The notes: a model not told the origin generated them from the sequence alone. A stretch of 63,618 nucleotides of DNA, filler included, from Basidiobolus ranarum (GCA_040143965.1; 34 parts of 34 records of this genome joined end to end with filler, not necessarily neighbours in it), one strand, 5' to 3'. Numbered from the whole stretch's first letter, positions 35,700 to 49,484 are shown. Made by a program: numbers and translations.

Positions 35700-37130
35700 A
35701 TATATCTGTATGGATCTGCAGACCTAAAAAATACATAAGTTCACCTAAATCGGTCATCTTGAATTGCACTGATAGATATTGGTAGCTATAATCAGATCAC
35801 CTACATATAAGGGAAGTATCACCTTACTGTTCTTATCTGTCTTGAAGTAGATCCCAAAATCCACCATACTCTTTTGGAAATCAAGTGATTCCAAGTATGT
35901 ATCTATCTTAGTGTACCAGGCCCTGGGTGATTGTTTAAGTCCATACAGTGATTTTTGTAGCTTACACACATCCTCAGGGTGCTCAGGATTCACAAAACCA
36001 TCTGGTTGATCCATGAATATATCCTCTTCCAAGTCCCCATTCAAAAAAGCAGTTTTAACATCCATTTGATGGATTTTTAAGCTGTGTTTTGCTGCTACTG
36101 CTAGTATGGTTCTGATGGAATTAAACTTTGCTACAGGAGCAAAAGTTTCATTGTAGTCCACTCCTTCCATTTGAGAGTATCCTTTAGCCACAAGTCTGGC
36201 TTTATATCTCTCTACAGATCCATCAGCTTGCTGCTTAACTTTAAACACCCATTTGCATCCAATTGATTTTTGGTCATCAGGTAACTTAACCAAAGTCCAA
36301 GTTTGGTTATCTATGAGTGACTGATACTCCTCTGCCATTGCAGCACTCCAAAACTTTGTGTTGGGACTCTTCATAGCCTTGTGTACTGATTTGGGTGCAT
36401 CAGAAAAGGCTAAATTAGCACCAGGCTTCTTTTGGCCAGTGTGAGAGTAGTAATCAGGTGGAGATCTCATCTGATTGGATCTCCTAAGATGGGAAATTGG
36501 CACTACAACTTCTGGTACCAATTTAGGCAATGAAACCACCTCAGGCTTGGTTGAGGACACTGCAGGTGAGAGATTTTCAATGTTTTTCTCACTGATCATG
36601 ATCAGGTGAGAAAAAGAAGAATTTTCATCAATTTTCTGTTGTTTTTCTTGATCCTGGAATATTTTGATTGAAAATTTTTCTTCTTCAGCAAATTTGACAT
36701 CCCTTGACTTGATTAGCCTCTTATTTTCAGTGTTGTATAGCCTGTACTCTTTTGTTTCATCACAATATCCCAAAAAAAGACATTTCTGGCTTTTTTGGTC
36801 TAATTTTGATCTCTTATTGGTCTGGAATCATTGCATATGTGGTACTTTCAATAACTCTGAGATTAGCCACATCAGGTTTACTTCCAAACCAAGCTTGATA
36901 AGGTGTAATAGCCAATAGAGACCTAGAAGGACATCTGCTCCTATTATATACTGCAGTTGCAACCAAATCAGCCTGGAACTGTTTTGGTAAATCTTGTTCA
37001 TGAAGTATTGATCTTGCCTTTTCCATTATTGATCTGTTGGCATTTTCTGCTACTCCATTCTGCTGTGGAGAATCTGGCACTGTAGTCTGCTGTTTTATCC
37101 CATGTGTTGAGCAGAAGTTAGAGAAGAGTT
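35700..37130 (-). mobile_element. Ty1/copia integrase-RT, relatively intact (339-aa ORF)
   Basis: PQQNGVAE, GYCDETKEYRLY, SIGCKWVFKVK, QMDVKTAFLNG, LYGLKQSPRAW, LYVGDL. Confidence 0.95.
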
Positions 37131-37132
37131 TA

Positions 37133-37438
37133 GTAGACCACAAGACAAAACAAGACTGGACAAGGAAGATACTTTGGCAAGAATCTTTATTGATAACTGG
37201 CATTGATCAGACTGAGGTCTGATCAAGGAATACATGGGGCTTATATAGATATTGCAAGATGAAACATAATATACTTAATAGGGAATATACTGTGGCAAGT
37301 TCTAGAGTTGGGGTGTTGGGGACTGCGAGGACCAATACAAAGAGGGATGATGTAAGGATGATCAGGTGACCTTCCATGGAAGGTCTTGGCGGAAATACAC
37401 TATGTGAGGGATGACATGATTGGTTAGGTTTCATGGAA
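37133..37438 (-). mobile_element. LTR family L1 fragment
   Basis: Reverse complement of 11285-11430, extending further 5'. Confidence 0.78.
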
Positions 37439-38044
37439 NNNNNNNNNNNNNNNNNNNNNNNNNNNNNNNNNNNNNNNNNNNNTTAATTAATTAANNNNNN
37501 NNNNNNNNNNNNNNNNNNNNNNNNNNNNNNNNNNNNNNCATGCCAGGTTGTACAGTGACTCGGATGGGTAGGACGTTTGATAAGAGTAAACCTATCCAAT
37601 ATGAGGGACTATCAGTCATTTCAAACCCTTTTTCACGGTTTCCAACACTCACGCCGCACAATCTCCGTTGAAACAATCCATACAAAAAATTCAATTCGAT
37701 TATTTCTAATTTACATAGTAGATGGGTTTGTAAGCAAACTCTTGAATTTTATTAATTTTAACTGTCTTCCCTACTCTTTAGTGAGCGTTCTAGTCTACTT
37801 GAGTGAGTCTATTGTAGACTTGACAAAGTTTTCTTCTTTTATTTCACTTAAAAAAAATATTCTCTATCTTATTTCTCCTTTAACTAAGAACTTACTTTCA
37901 CTCAATAATACCTGTTCTCTAGTTACCTTTTAAAACTCTTCTTCGAATATCCAGCTAGAATTTACTTGACTCGTTACTTCACACCGGTTCAGGTTTCTTG
38001 TTTATTATCGGTCTGGTTAAAGTGATATATAGTGAGGTTAAATA

Positions 38045-39310
38045 ATGTTAAAAGAACATACCAATCGGCCCAAACGTGGAAAAGAGTTGTGGAATAGTAT
38101 GAGAGGTTCAATACAATCAAGAGCACGAAAGACTTCAACCACCAGCGAAACAGAGACAGAACCATCAGACAGTGATAGCTCAAGTATTCAATCGATTTCA
38201 TCCACCCACAAGACAGAACATCGACGTTCCGAATCTTTCATGAATAAACTTAAAGTTTGGATCGGTTCTTCACCTAATAGTCCAAATAGTTCACCTACCA
38301 CTCCAACTACTCCTACCAAAAGTGATAGAAAATCAATGGAGTCGAAAAAAGATTGCTTCCTTTCTAAAGGTGATACTGGTATACCAATGGCTTTGACTAA
38401 TTTATCTTTAGAGGAGGCTTCTACTCTGTCAGCCAAGAATAAAAGTAAAACTTCTCTTACTATTGATACCAACGAGGCTAATCTGGCTCCACCATCGCCA
38501 CAATCGGAGTCCGACCTTTGTAGCCCAATATCTGACGATGAGCCTCATATATTATGGAACAGCGTTCATCAGGCCATCGATCGCGGTGATCGTACTGCAC
38601 TTTCCAACATATTTATTACGCGCAATTCTTCCTCAGTATTGCAGGTTCTCTTAACCTTCTCGTATTCAAATCATGACAAAATCTATCGGCATGAATCGGA
38701 GATTATTCAAGATGCTGATGAATTGCTAGGGAAGTCTGTAGAGAATCTGAACGCCATACAAATAGCTTGCATGTTGGGAGACGAAGAACTGGGATTGGAT
38801 ATCCTTCAATATGTTGCCTATGAATCCGAGAAAATGGATGCTAAAAAGGTTCTATACGAATTTATGTCGAGAGTTTGGGGTGGTGGTAATACCACATTGC
38901 ATTTGGCTAGTTTCTTGGGAATGGCTGATTTGGTAAAGAAACTATTGGATTTGGGTGCAAATACCAACAAGCGTAACGATCGAAAATACAAACCTGTGGA
39001 CTGTGCAGATGATGATAAAACCAGAGCATTGTTCATGAATTTGTTTGAAGGTGAGTTCGATCATTTCTTAACTTGTCGTACTTATTTTAATCGATTACCT
39101 TTCAGTCGTTCGGTATCCTCTCAAACGAACATACTCAGTGGATGAAGCTTACGCTCGCCGTCGAAGAGAACAAACTGCGGGCAAAACTGCATCAATGGGT
39201 CCAGGCGGCGGAAAAAAAATCGGATATCAAGAGAGGCTGAATGCAGCCTTGAAGTTGCCATACTATCGGCATATCGACCCATTGCTGCCACTTCCCCTAA
39301 TTTCAATTAC
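38045..39310 (+). CDS. Ankyrin-repeat protein, 3'-truncated; intron 39051-39105
   Basis: S/T-rich N-terminus; GGNTTLHLASFLGMADLVKKLLDLGAN ankyrin repeat; GTGAGT...TTTCAG intron keeps the frame into VVRYPLKRTYSVDEAY. Confidence 0.8.
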
Positions 39311-39410
39311 NNNNNNNNNNNNNNNNNNNNNNNNNNNNNNNNNNNNNNNNNNNNTTAATTAATTAANNNNNNNNNNNNNNNNNNNNNNNNNNNNNNNNNN
39401 NNNNNNNNNN

Positions 39411-40340
39411 AATTCACTAAGATATCATCCATTATTCTCAATTGGAATTTACTTGGAATATTTTTACCAACTTAGAAGTTCTCAGATATATAGATTCTTC
39501 AAACTTGTGCTAGAAGCCACAAACTGCGCACACATGTTCCTGGGACCTTCCTTAACACATTCTCCACATTAGTTTGTTTACATCTTGATATAACTATAAA
39601 TGTCACCTTTTTACTCAATAAATCAATAAGTGAAAACCACCAATTCCTCTAATTCTCCAAACCACTTCCAACAGGCTCCCAACTACTTTTTCAGAGGAAG
39701 TTTGAGGAGCTGAGACAGGCCTAAAAACTTTCCCATTTCATAGATACTTCTAAGATATATCTAAACTATGTACCATAAACTTAACGAATGAAATACATTT
39801 TCGACTACCATTGTATATCCTAAATGCCACATACTAAACTCAGATGCCAATGTATATTAACTTAATTCAGATGTCAAGAATCCCAGTGTTATGCAATATA
39901 CTTTTGTCAAGATGTAAACATACCTACATGGAGAATGTGTCAAGGAAGGTCCCAGCAATGTGTGTGAAAAGTTTTGGGCCTCTAGCATAGGTTTGAAAAA
40001 GCTCTATATATGAGAACTTCAAAGTAGGTAGAAAGTTTTAAGTAAATTCTAATTTAGAATAGTGGGAAATATCCCAGAGAAGTTGAAGATAAGTACATAA
40101 TAAGCTATATATGACTGTATAGGTATTTAGGCAATACCAATTTTAACACTCCCTCTCAAATATATAGTCATCTAAACTAATCCTCAGGAAGGTCCAAATT
40201 TGCTTCTAGCATGAAATGTGGGATTTCTAGGTAATTTGATACAACCTTGATTACTTTGAAATATTGTAGTTAATGAATTTTGAGAATTTCCCAAATCTGT
40301 TAAAAGTTTTCTTAAGAATATTGCTTCTTTTGTTGCTCCA
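39411..40340. mobile_element. LTR L5 fragments in opposite orientations plus copia RNase H fragment
   Basis: 39411-39600 versus reverse 39900-40148; NPTFHARSK motif on the minus strand near 40200-40230. Confidence 0.65.
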
Positions 40341-41182
40341 CCCTAACAGAAATTTGAGGATTGCTATTGTAGGAAAACTGTCACAATTTGATTTTAATCA
40401 ATTTTTTCAGTTTCAGGAGTGAAATTTCAAGATCTTGCAAAATAGTTGCACAGGATTGGCTACAATCTCAGAGAACTATGGATCAACACATGTGCAAAAA
40501 ACATAACTCAAATTTTACACAATTGCCACTTGAATGCTAATTTGTCACCTTTGAAATCCCTAGTCTGTTTGATATATTCTCCTGAATATTTTTATAGAGC
40601 TCTTCACACCCAATGTTTAGCTCATACCCAACATAAGTTTGTATCAATATCTCCATCAAAGCCAACCATTGTATTAACATTGCTGAATCAACATTCTTCC
40701 AGCTATATGGCAGATTCCCTGAAACATTGTGCCACTCTGTATTAAGTTCTTCCCAGATATCTGCATGGTCAACACCAAACTGAATGTCAAGTTGAATGTT
40801 CTTCTTCTGAAGCAACTTTTTGCATACTTGCACTGTATTTTTCCCTTCATACTTTTGAAATTACTCATCAAGCACTTTGACTATTTTTGTACATCATTGT
40901 AGTGTGACACTAGTTAGGGTGCTTTGCAGTGTTTGTGTGGCTTTTTGCTTGCCTTTACCTTTGGGGCTAATTTCAACACTTCAAAAAGTACCAGTTGAGG
41001 TTGGAGAGCTGTGAGTGTTATTTGCTGGTATTTTGGATTGTTGAGAGGTGCCAGGTGTCAGATAAACTTCAAAATTTAGCACTCTTCCAACTGGTGTACC
41101 CAGTTCCATGGTGAAATTAAGCTTTTTTGCCAGTATATCTGACTCTGGAATTGCAGATCTTTGTAATGGTGTGAAGAATTTG
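40341..41182 (-). mobile_element. CACTA-like 'left' terminus and ORF2 C-terminus
   Basis: Starts CCCTAACAGAAATTTGAGG; reverse homolog of ~100-992. Confidence 0.88.
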
Positions 41183-41282
41183 NNNNNNNNNNNNNNNNNN
41201 NNNNNNNNNNNNNNNNNNNNNNNNNNTTAATTAATTAANNNNNNNNNNNNNNNNNNNNNNNNNNNNNNNNNNNNNNNNNNNN

Positions 41283-41495
41283 GTGAGAGTTTAATCCAAT
41301 CTTTGCAACCAGGTGTTTATTGGTTTTCTTACACTTTTGCCACAGTTGATTGGCAACTGTTGCTTGCCACAGACCTGGTACAAGTGGAATACACTTGACA
41401 ATTGTATGACTTATAATCCTTCAGTAATTAAACTACCTTCATGTCCAAATGGTTGTTTGGCTTTCACTGGTGATCTAAAAAACCTGAAGTCATGT
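41283..41495 (+). mobile_element. CACTA-like transposase fragment
   Basis: KLPSCPNGCLAFTGDLKNLKSC. Confidence 0.78.
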
Positions 41496-41705
41496 TGTCA
41501 CAATAAGGAAATAGACAAGGACTGGAAACAACAACAAGAGGCTAGAAGGCAGGAGAGTACTTGGATGTAGACCACATGACAACACAAGACTGGACAGGGA
41601 AGATACTTAGGCAAGAACCTTTATTGATAGCTGGCATTGATCACACTGAGGTCTGATCAAGGAATGCGTGGGGTTATATAGATATTGCATGGTGAAACAT
41701 AATAA
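41496..41705 (-). mobile_element. LTR family L1 fragment
   Basis: TGTCACAATAAGG end; hairpin, TATA and AATAAA as in 11285-11498. Confidence 0.78.
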
Positions 41706-43054
41706 TATGTGCTTTAGCTAAAGGTTTGGTTAAGATAGCAGCTAACATTTCTTCAGGAGGGCAATACACAAGTTCAATTATATCATTCTCTATTGCTTTA
41801 ACAAAATGAAGCCTAATATCTATATGTTCTGTTCTAGCATGAAATGTAGGGTTCTTAGCTAATTATATACAACTTTGAATAACTTCAAATACAGTTATAG
41901 CATGTTTTTGCATATATCCTAAGTCTGTAAAAAACTTCCTTAACCACATAGCTTCTTGTGTAGTAGCAGAGGCAGCCATATACTCTGCTACTGTAGTGGA
42001 AAGTGCTATGGTTGGTTACTTCTTACTATTCCAACTTATGGCTCCATTACCATAGAGAAAAGTGTACCCAGTTGTTGATCTTCTATCATCAAGGTTTCTT
42101 CCCCAGTCTGCATCACTGTAGCCTTCAAGATTTTGTGCATCAGGAGTGGTGGAGTATTCCAGAACTAGATCTACAGTTCCTCTCAAATACCTGAATATTT
42201 GTTTTACAGCAGTTTTGTGCTCAGATCCTGGATTTTTGAGATATTGGCTCACAGTTCCCACTGCCACAGCAATGTCCAGACATGTTTCAACCATTATTTA
42301 CATTAAACCACCCACCATGGATTGATAAAGGAACTCCTGGCTTTGATTTGGGTCATTTTGGGCCAATTCAGATGAAATTTTTAATTAATTTAACCTTTGG
42401 ATCCATTGCTATTGAAACAGACTTGCTATTCTCCATGTTGAAGCATTTTAGGGTGTCTAGGATGTATCTAGACTAAATCAGCATGATTATCCAATTGGGT
42501 TTATCTCTCTTGATTTGAATTACAAGAAAATAACTTGATTCACCCATATCAGTGATCTGAAATTGGTTTGATAAGCTGCTTTTTGTCTGATTAAGTGCTT
42601 TTAGATCATTTGTGGCTCTGATTAAGTCATCCACATGTAGTGCCAAGATAAGGATCCTATTTCTGGATGTTTTATTGTAAATACTGGGATCTGCTGTGCA
42701 TTTTTGGACTTCTAGTAATTCCAAATAAGTATCTATCTTGTTGTACCATGCCATGGGTGCTTGCTTGAGTCCATATAGCAAAATTTGCAGTTTACAGACT
42801 ATATCAGGATGTTTTGTGTCAACAAATCCATCTGGTTGCTCCATATAGATCTCTTCTTCTAGGTTTCCATCAAGAAAGGCTGTTTTTACATCCATTTGAT
42901 ATAGATAAAGGTTACGGATGGCTGAGAGTGCCAGGATTGATCCAATGGAGCTAAACTTAGCTACTGGAGCAAAAGTTTCATTAAAATCAACTCCTGGAGT
43001 CTGGGAATAGCCTTTTGCAACTAATCTTGCTTTGTACCTTTCTATGGTTCCATC
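41706..43054 (-). mobile_element. Ty1/copia RT-RNase H remnant
   Basis: MDVKTAFL, LHVDDL, YSDADWG, ISWNSKK, NPTFHART. Confidence 0.93.
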
Positions 43055-43155
43055 NNNNNNNNNNNNNNNNNNNNNNNNNNNNNNNNNNNNNNNNNNNNTT
43101 AATTAATTAANNNNNNNNNNNNNNNNNNNNNNNNNNNNNNNNNNNNNNNNNNNNT

Positions 43156-44109
43156 GAACGTACCTTCGAACCCTGCAGAAAGGCAATGAAGGATGCTGGT
43201 GTTGTTGCTGCTGACATCAATGAAGTCGTCCTTGTCGGTGGTATGTCTCGTATGCCTAAGGCTATTGAAACTGTCAAGGAGTTGTTCGGTAAAGAGCCCG
43301 GAAAGAGTGTAAACCCTGATGAAGCTGTCGCCATTGGTGCTGCCATTCAAGGTGGTGTCCTTTCTGGATCCGTCACTGATATTCTTCTTTTGGATGTTAC
43401 TCCTCTTTCCCTTGGTATTGAGACTTTGGGTGGTGTCTTCACTCGTCTTATCAACCGTAATACTACCATTCCTACCAAGAAATCTCAAGTATTCTCCACC
43501 GCCGCTGATGGTCAAACTCAAGTTCAAGTCAAGGTATTCCAAGGTGAACGTGAACTCTGCCGTGATAACAAGCTTCTTGGTGACTTCAACTTGACTGGTA
43601 TTGCCCCTGCTCCTCGTGGTGTTCCTCAAGTCGAAGTTTCCTTCGATATTGATGCTGATGGTATCGTTAATGTTGGTGCCAAGGACAAGGCCACTGGACG
43701 CGATCAATCCATGTCCATCGTTGCCTCTTCCGGTTTGAGCAAGGACGAGATTGAGAACATGGTCAAGAACGCCGAACAATTCGCTGAAAGTGATGCCAAG
43801 CGTAAGGCTGCTATTGAAGCTACCAATAACGCTGAATCTGCTATCAATGAAACCGAGAAGCACATGAATGACTTCAAGGAACAAATTGATCAACAAGAAG
43901 CCAGCAAGCTCAAGGAACAGATTAACAAATTACGTGAGTCCGTTGCTTTAGGTGAAGAGGCTGATCCCGAAGAACTCCGCAAGGGTACTAACGAGCTTCA
44001 ACAAGCTTCACTCAAGTTGTTCGAGGCTGTGTATAAGAACCGTGCTGCTCAAGATGCCAACACCAACAATTCCGAGACTGTTGTTGACAACGAGGAGAAG
44101 AAAAACTAA
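43156..44109 (+). CDS. SSC1: Mitochondrial Hsp70, C-terminal half (5'-truncated)
   Basis: [57 protein letters not shown] (mtHsp70-type). Confidence 0.95.
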   Translation, partial: ERTFEPCRKAMKDAGVVAADINEVVLVGGMSRMPKAIETVKELFGKEPGKSVNPDEAVAIGAAIQGGVLSGSVTDILLLDVTPLSLGIETLGGVFTRLINRNTTIPTKKSQVFSTAADGQTQVQVKVFQGERELCRDNKLLGDFNLTGIAPAPRGVPQVEVSFDIDADGIVNVGAKDKATGRDQSMSIVASSGLSKDEIENMVKNAEQFAESDAKRKAAIEATNNAESAINETEKHMNDFKEQIDQQEASKLKEQINKLRESVALGEEADPEELRKGTNELQQASLKLFEAVYKNRAAQDANTNNSETVVDNEEKKN

Positions 44110-44759
44110 ATAATTTTTCGAAAAAATCAATTCATCATTTAAACTTCATATGTTCAAATTAACTCTAATGGAGCTATCGATTTAGATTAATCCGATCTAG
44201 ATAATCTTGAATGTTCAATCATTAGTGTACTATACATCAGCTCTATATTCAATTTTATAACTGCATTCTCATAAAATAAAGCAACTGACTTCATCTGGTT
44301 TGATTTCATATATTTCCTTTGATCATGTATATCGATCTTGATTGCAGTAAGTTACAGTGTCAGGAACGTATCCATACACAATATTAAATTTGATTCTTAT
44401 GTGTATATCTTACAAACCAACTCGTTAGTAAAACCTTGGTGTAACATGTCTTGATATGTTCAGTGTTAGCTAGATATTAACGTTCATTGCGTCCCTAGAT
44501 AGATTATTGTAACAAGAATTGGCAGACATTTGAGGTTGTAAAGACAATAAAATCGCATGTAACTAGAGTTTCACTAGGCATAAAGGAATTGGGTGGCATG
44601 TTGATTGTTGCTAGTTAAAAATATTCAAGTTGTCACGAAAATACAAAGTTTATTCACAATATGGTTATTGAGCCGAGGTGACAGAAAAGCTGTACATGTT
44701 GACAGAAGTCACTCCAATTTATCTAATCAAAGCCTAGATATTGGCATAGAAACGAAAGT

Positions 44760-44924
44760 TTATTCGGCAGCCATTAGTTTTTTAATCTCTGCGATAGCTT
44801 TTCCAGGATTAAGGCCTTTAGGGCAAGTTTTGGCGCAATTCATGATAGTATGACAGCGATATAAGCTAAATGGGTTCTGTAGCTGTTCACGACGTTCAGA
44901 ACCGTATTCATCTCTACTATCAAT
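44760..44924 (-). CDS. SDH2: Succinate dehydrogenase iron-sulfur subunit, C-terminal fragment
   Basis: [54 protein letters not shown]. Confidence 0.95.
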   Translation of the reverse strand: MDSRDEYGSERREQLQNPFSLYRCHTIMNCAKTCPKGLNPGKAIAEIKKLMAAE

Positions 44925-45377
44925 CNNNNNNNNNNNNNNNNNNNNNNNNNNNNNNNNNNNNNNNNNNNNTTAATTAATTAANNNNNNNNNNNNNNNNNNN
45001 NNNNNNNNNNNNNNNNNNNNNNNNNGGTGAAAGGATGGTTCAAACACTTTTAAACTTCTCATAGAAAATAGGAAAATAAAGCATCTTTTCATGGATTTTT
45101 CGTTTGTACTTTCGGAAATATGTGGGAGTCCAGCAGAGTATAGGATAATGTTTGGGGTTAAGAAGTAAAGTGGGCTTCCCTTGATGTGAGCATGAAAGAA
45201 GTATCTATAGGATATATATAAGGATACCTACCAAGAGAATAAGAAAAAAAAGGCTTGTTAACTTCAGGAACAAGAGTATAGCCTTCAGAAACTATATAGC
45301 AACTAGAATAAAACCCGTCCGTGTTGGTGCTTTCAAAGGAAGATCTATGAGTTGTATCCTTAAGTAAGTGCTAAAGT

Positions 45378-45896
45378 TTACAAGTTGAAGGTGGGTGGAG
45401 CACTTTCTGTGGCCTCTTTAGCGAGCTGCGAAAGAGTCTCCTTATGAGGAGAAATTTGATAGCCACTTGTAGGTGAATTGGATGGGCTTTGAAGATGATG
45501 AATCTTTTCAGGGCTAGGATGTTGAGAACCAACTTCCGCTGCTGTAGTTTTGCCAGCTTTTTGAAGTGCGTAATCTCCTGAATCGAAATATTTACGGTCC
45601 TACAAGGAATAAATTAAATTAGTGAGAAGTTACATAATGGAAAATATAGTGTTATACCTTCAGACGGTGGTTCACCAGATCCTTACCACTTGGTAAACGG
45701 CCATACATCTTGAAGACTTTCAATTCATCTTCAGTTAATTTCTAAAGTGCTTGTGTTAGTTTGTTTGATATGAATATGGTATATATATGTATACTCAAGA
45801 TAAAGGCAACAGGTTTTTGCCGATTCATAAGATATACTTAAATAATTAGAACAAACTTACACTAAGGTCCACCTTGTTTTGTTTTGCTGGAAGCAT
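45378..45896 (-). CDS. IGO1: Endosulfine/ARPP-19 family protein, complete, 3 exons (45861-45896, 45658-45741, 45378-45599), ~113 aa
   Basis: MLPAKQNKVDLS | KLTEDELKVFKMYGRLPSGKDLVNHRLK | DRKYFDSGDYALQKAG; both introns GT-AG. Confidence 0.9.
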
Positions 45897-46896
45897 ATTG
45901 TGTTTTATAGAGAGGGAACCCGATGAAATGAGAAGAGAGGTTAAGGAGGGTTTAGCAGCCGTGAAGGATGGGTAAGGAAAACAACGTTAATCAAAGTACA
46001 CACGCTTATAAATGTGCTCTCAATGATAGTAAGTTTAGGATTTAGTTGGCTTAGAAAAGGTGGTTTACGTTAATTTTGATCCTTCGTACAGTGCCCAAAT
46101 ATCAAGGGGCTAATACCAGCTTTAAGATCCCTAGTGTGCTTATCTGTACTTGATTGATCTCATGATCATTTTCATAGGGAATTAATTGAATGGAACGTTG
46201 GAGGATCAACTTTGGGTGGCTTGTTGAAGGGTTTTAAACGGGCTAGTACCGGAATCTCTGCAGAGAACAACAGTAGAAATGTAAAAGAAAAGCACATTTG
46301 TACACAAGCATTGTAAGGACTTGGACTACATGTGGCTAATGTCTACCGATCTCAGGTTATATATAACTTTCAGTAGACGTTGAAAGCACCAGTCTCCATA
46401 GCATATCCACTTCATAAACGTATTGACTGATTTAGAGATCACAGTTATATCTTGCTTTGAAGTAACTTGTCCACCATAGAACCAATCATCATTACATTTA
46501 ATATGTTTATTTAAAGAACTAATAGCATTATTTTCAATCGTAGCTGAATCCCCAAATTTATCATGTTCTTTATCAGTATTTTTGATAGCGTAGGGAAGAT
46601 ATTTCTCAGAATAGAGATTGGTATAGTAATCAAAACTCTACTACATTTCTGCAGCTCTCCACCACCTTAACCAATTGCCATTGAACATGCCATGGAATCA
46701 TTTAGCTTTGCAGAGTGTTACTCTACTATGCCTGAGCTTCCATTGGCCATAAGGATAATTATTTATCTTCGTATTCGTATTAGCTGAGATTCACAGNNNN
46801 NNNNNNNNNNNNNNNNNNNNNNNNNNNNNNNNNNNNNNNNTTAATTAATTAANNNNNNNNNNNNNNNNNNNNNNNNNNNNNNNNNNNNNNNNNNNN

Positions 46897-47187
46897 AATA
46901 AAGGCATGCATATTAATTCAAATTCCTACAGCAGTAAACCCAGTAATTTGCCATTCAAAAATTATATTTTTGCAAATATTGCTGGTTATTGAATAACGCA
47001 TGCCAAATTTGAGGATCAATATTTTAACATGTATGATAACCGTTAAGATACCATCAAGAAACCGCCGTCACACCGTCAAAATCCCTGGCAGAGTGCAAGC
47101 CAGCAATATTGTGACAGTTCTCTGACCGTTTTGCTATTTCGGAGGGTGGATCCAATCCGGATCAAATCGATTTTATGTTTGTTAGGG
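46897..47187 (+). mobile_element. CACTA-like 'right' terminus, CpG-rich (young-looking) copy
   Basis: Ends TTTGTTAGGG; keeps many CpGs that are TpG/CpA in sister copies. Confidence 0.88.
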
Positions 47188-48667
47188 AGTTACTATTTAA
47201 CAACATTCTGATATTGCTTACTCAGCTATATAGTAGAAAATTCAATATGAATGATCCATTTGAAATGGGATCAAAGTTTGAATCAATTGGGAAAATGCTT
47301 GAAAATGGCATGATACCATCTTATTTTACCAAGACTCCCATCAATATCCACTCATCTAGGTGTTTATTGAAATTCAAGGACTGGACGTAGTAGATTTGTA
47401 TATATTGAAGTGGAATTTTGAAAAGATTTCTACCTGATAAGTATTGGCAACATTGCAAGTTGTTTGACAATATTGTCAATATATTCTTATGGCACCAATT
47501 CACATTGGCAGATCTTGGGCAGATACAGCAAATGTGCAAGGATTTTGCAATTTGATATGAAAAACTTTATTACAGGTTTAAAAAAGATAGACTGAATCTA
47601 TGCCAGTATTCAATACATTCCCTGCTGCATCTTTCACAATGCTTAGAGATTATAGGCCCTTGCTATACATTCTGGGAGTTCCCAATGGAGCACACCTGCG
47701 TTGAAATGATGCTCCAAGTGAAAACGTCAGTATTACTGTATGCTAATCTGATTAACAGTGTATCAGCAAAATCAGTGATGGATGTAGTGCAACGGGTTAA
47801 GGAGACTCCAGAGTATATTTCCTGCCAACAAAGGGCTCTTTTCAATATCCTCATGGATTTTTGCATTGTTTGAGCACAATAACAGCAAGAAAGCCCAATC
47901 CTTGGATACAGAGTAAGTACCTCTATAATTGGACTAATTTGCTTGTGTGATAATCTGATGGTATTTTTAGGAAAGCTGCAAGACAAACTTCTTGGTGAGA
48001 TAGTTCAAGATACCGGTATTATTGCTTGAGCCATGGGGTAATCTATTCCAGCAATGACATATTTACTTGTGACAGGACATTTGTTGACTGCAGGTTGGGG
48101 ATATATTGGCTGAATTTGTTACAGAAATTTGATAAAATCCAGGAGCTTATTCTCACTGTGAATGGCAACAAGAGTCAGCTATTTGCCAAGTGTCAGTGCC
48201 CTACAAAATTTCAGATGTTTAGCAATTTTTCCACCATTAGTTGGCTGGTAAAGCATATTGATGGTGTTGAGTTATGTCTAATCAGTCAAGTATGTGCATA
48301 TGTAGAGACTAAGCACAACAAGATTCTTGTATTTTTTGATTCTTATTATGGCTTGAATACAAAGCCTAAAATATCTAAATAAAGGCATGCATATTAAATC
48401 AAATTCCCACAGCAGTAAACCTAGTAATTTGCCATGCAAAAATGATTTTTTTTTCAAAAATTGCCACATATTGAATATTGCATGCCAGATGTGAGGATCA
48501 ATGTTTTAACATGTTTGAATACCATCAAAATACCATCAAGAGACCACCATCACACCATCCAAATCCTTGGCAGAATGCAAGCTACTGATATTGTGATGGT
48601 TCTCTGATGGTTATGCTATTTTGGAGGGAGGGTCCAATCTGGATTAGATTCAATTTTATTTTTGTTA
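47188..48667 (+). mobile_element. CACTA-like transposase C-terminal half and 'right' subterminal region
   Basis: SIHSLLHLSQCLEIIGPCYTFWEFPMEH fits the Tnp2-family H.LLH...GP...W.FPMER motif; tail ORF 48026-48382. Confidence 0.85.
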
Positions 48668-49106
48668 NNNNNNNNNNNNNNNNNNNNNNNNNNNNNNNNN
48701 NNNNNNNNNNNTTAATTAATTAANNNNNNNNNNNNNNNNNNNNNNNNNNNNNNNNNNNNNNNNNNNNAAGTATAGAGGAAAATCATTTTGTGGGCCTCAA
48801 TCAAAGTTAGGCAAAGTAGTCAAAATCTTGATTAATTCTCAATACATCCATACTCAAAGATATCCATTGAGAGCTCTAGACTTAAGACACTATGAATAAA
48901 GCTTTCATTCTCTTTTGAATGTGCAATAATGTCCAAAAAGTCCTTTTCTTAAACATACCACATAAGTAAAATAAACTGTTTCCAAAATGGTAAATAACAT
49001 TGTGCCGGATAGTGCCCAATCATGCCAATTTGTGCTGGCACACTTTTTAGCTGGCCTGATCTGGCTCAATAAAATGGAACAAGTCTAATATTTAGTTGAG
49101 TGGGAG

Positions 49107-49484
49107 TGTTGAAGTTTATTGGCTTTATTATATCTGTTATCTCTATCTTTATACACCTAACTATTTCGTATATCACATATAAGTTAGTTATTATTACTTA
49201 GTCAAATATCACTTAACTGAAAAATTGGAACATATATTATATTTGTATGTAAATAATATGAGAATTAGCAATTCCATATTGGAAGTTTCAAACTGGTCCA
49301 AATTGCCCCAAGAATAGCTCATTTTACTCCCACAGATGATTTGAACACAACCCCAATGTTAGTTTTCTGTATTCCTACCAAGTTGTATAAATGTTTTATT
49401 TTTGGACAGTAAATAATTATCTCACAAAGCAATTCACAACTCCACTTTTCTAAATTCCTCCAAACAGCCCATATTTTCTCAATA
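49107..49484 (+). mobile_element. LTR family L3, a 3' LTR preceded by a PPT
   Basis: GAGTGGGAG directly before TGTTGAAG; matches 21446-21821. Confidence 0.8.

Noticed and set aside
43099-43896. 265-aa antisense ORF over Hsp70
   Set aside because: Well-known shadow ORF caused by biased codon usage of highly expressed Hsp70 genes.
46337-46640. ~100-codon open frame on the minus strand upstream of IGO1
   Set aside because: No clear start or splice support and no recognisable motif; too weak to call.
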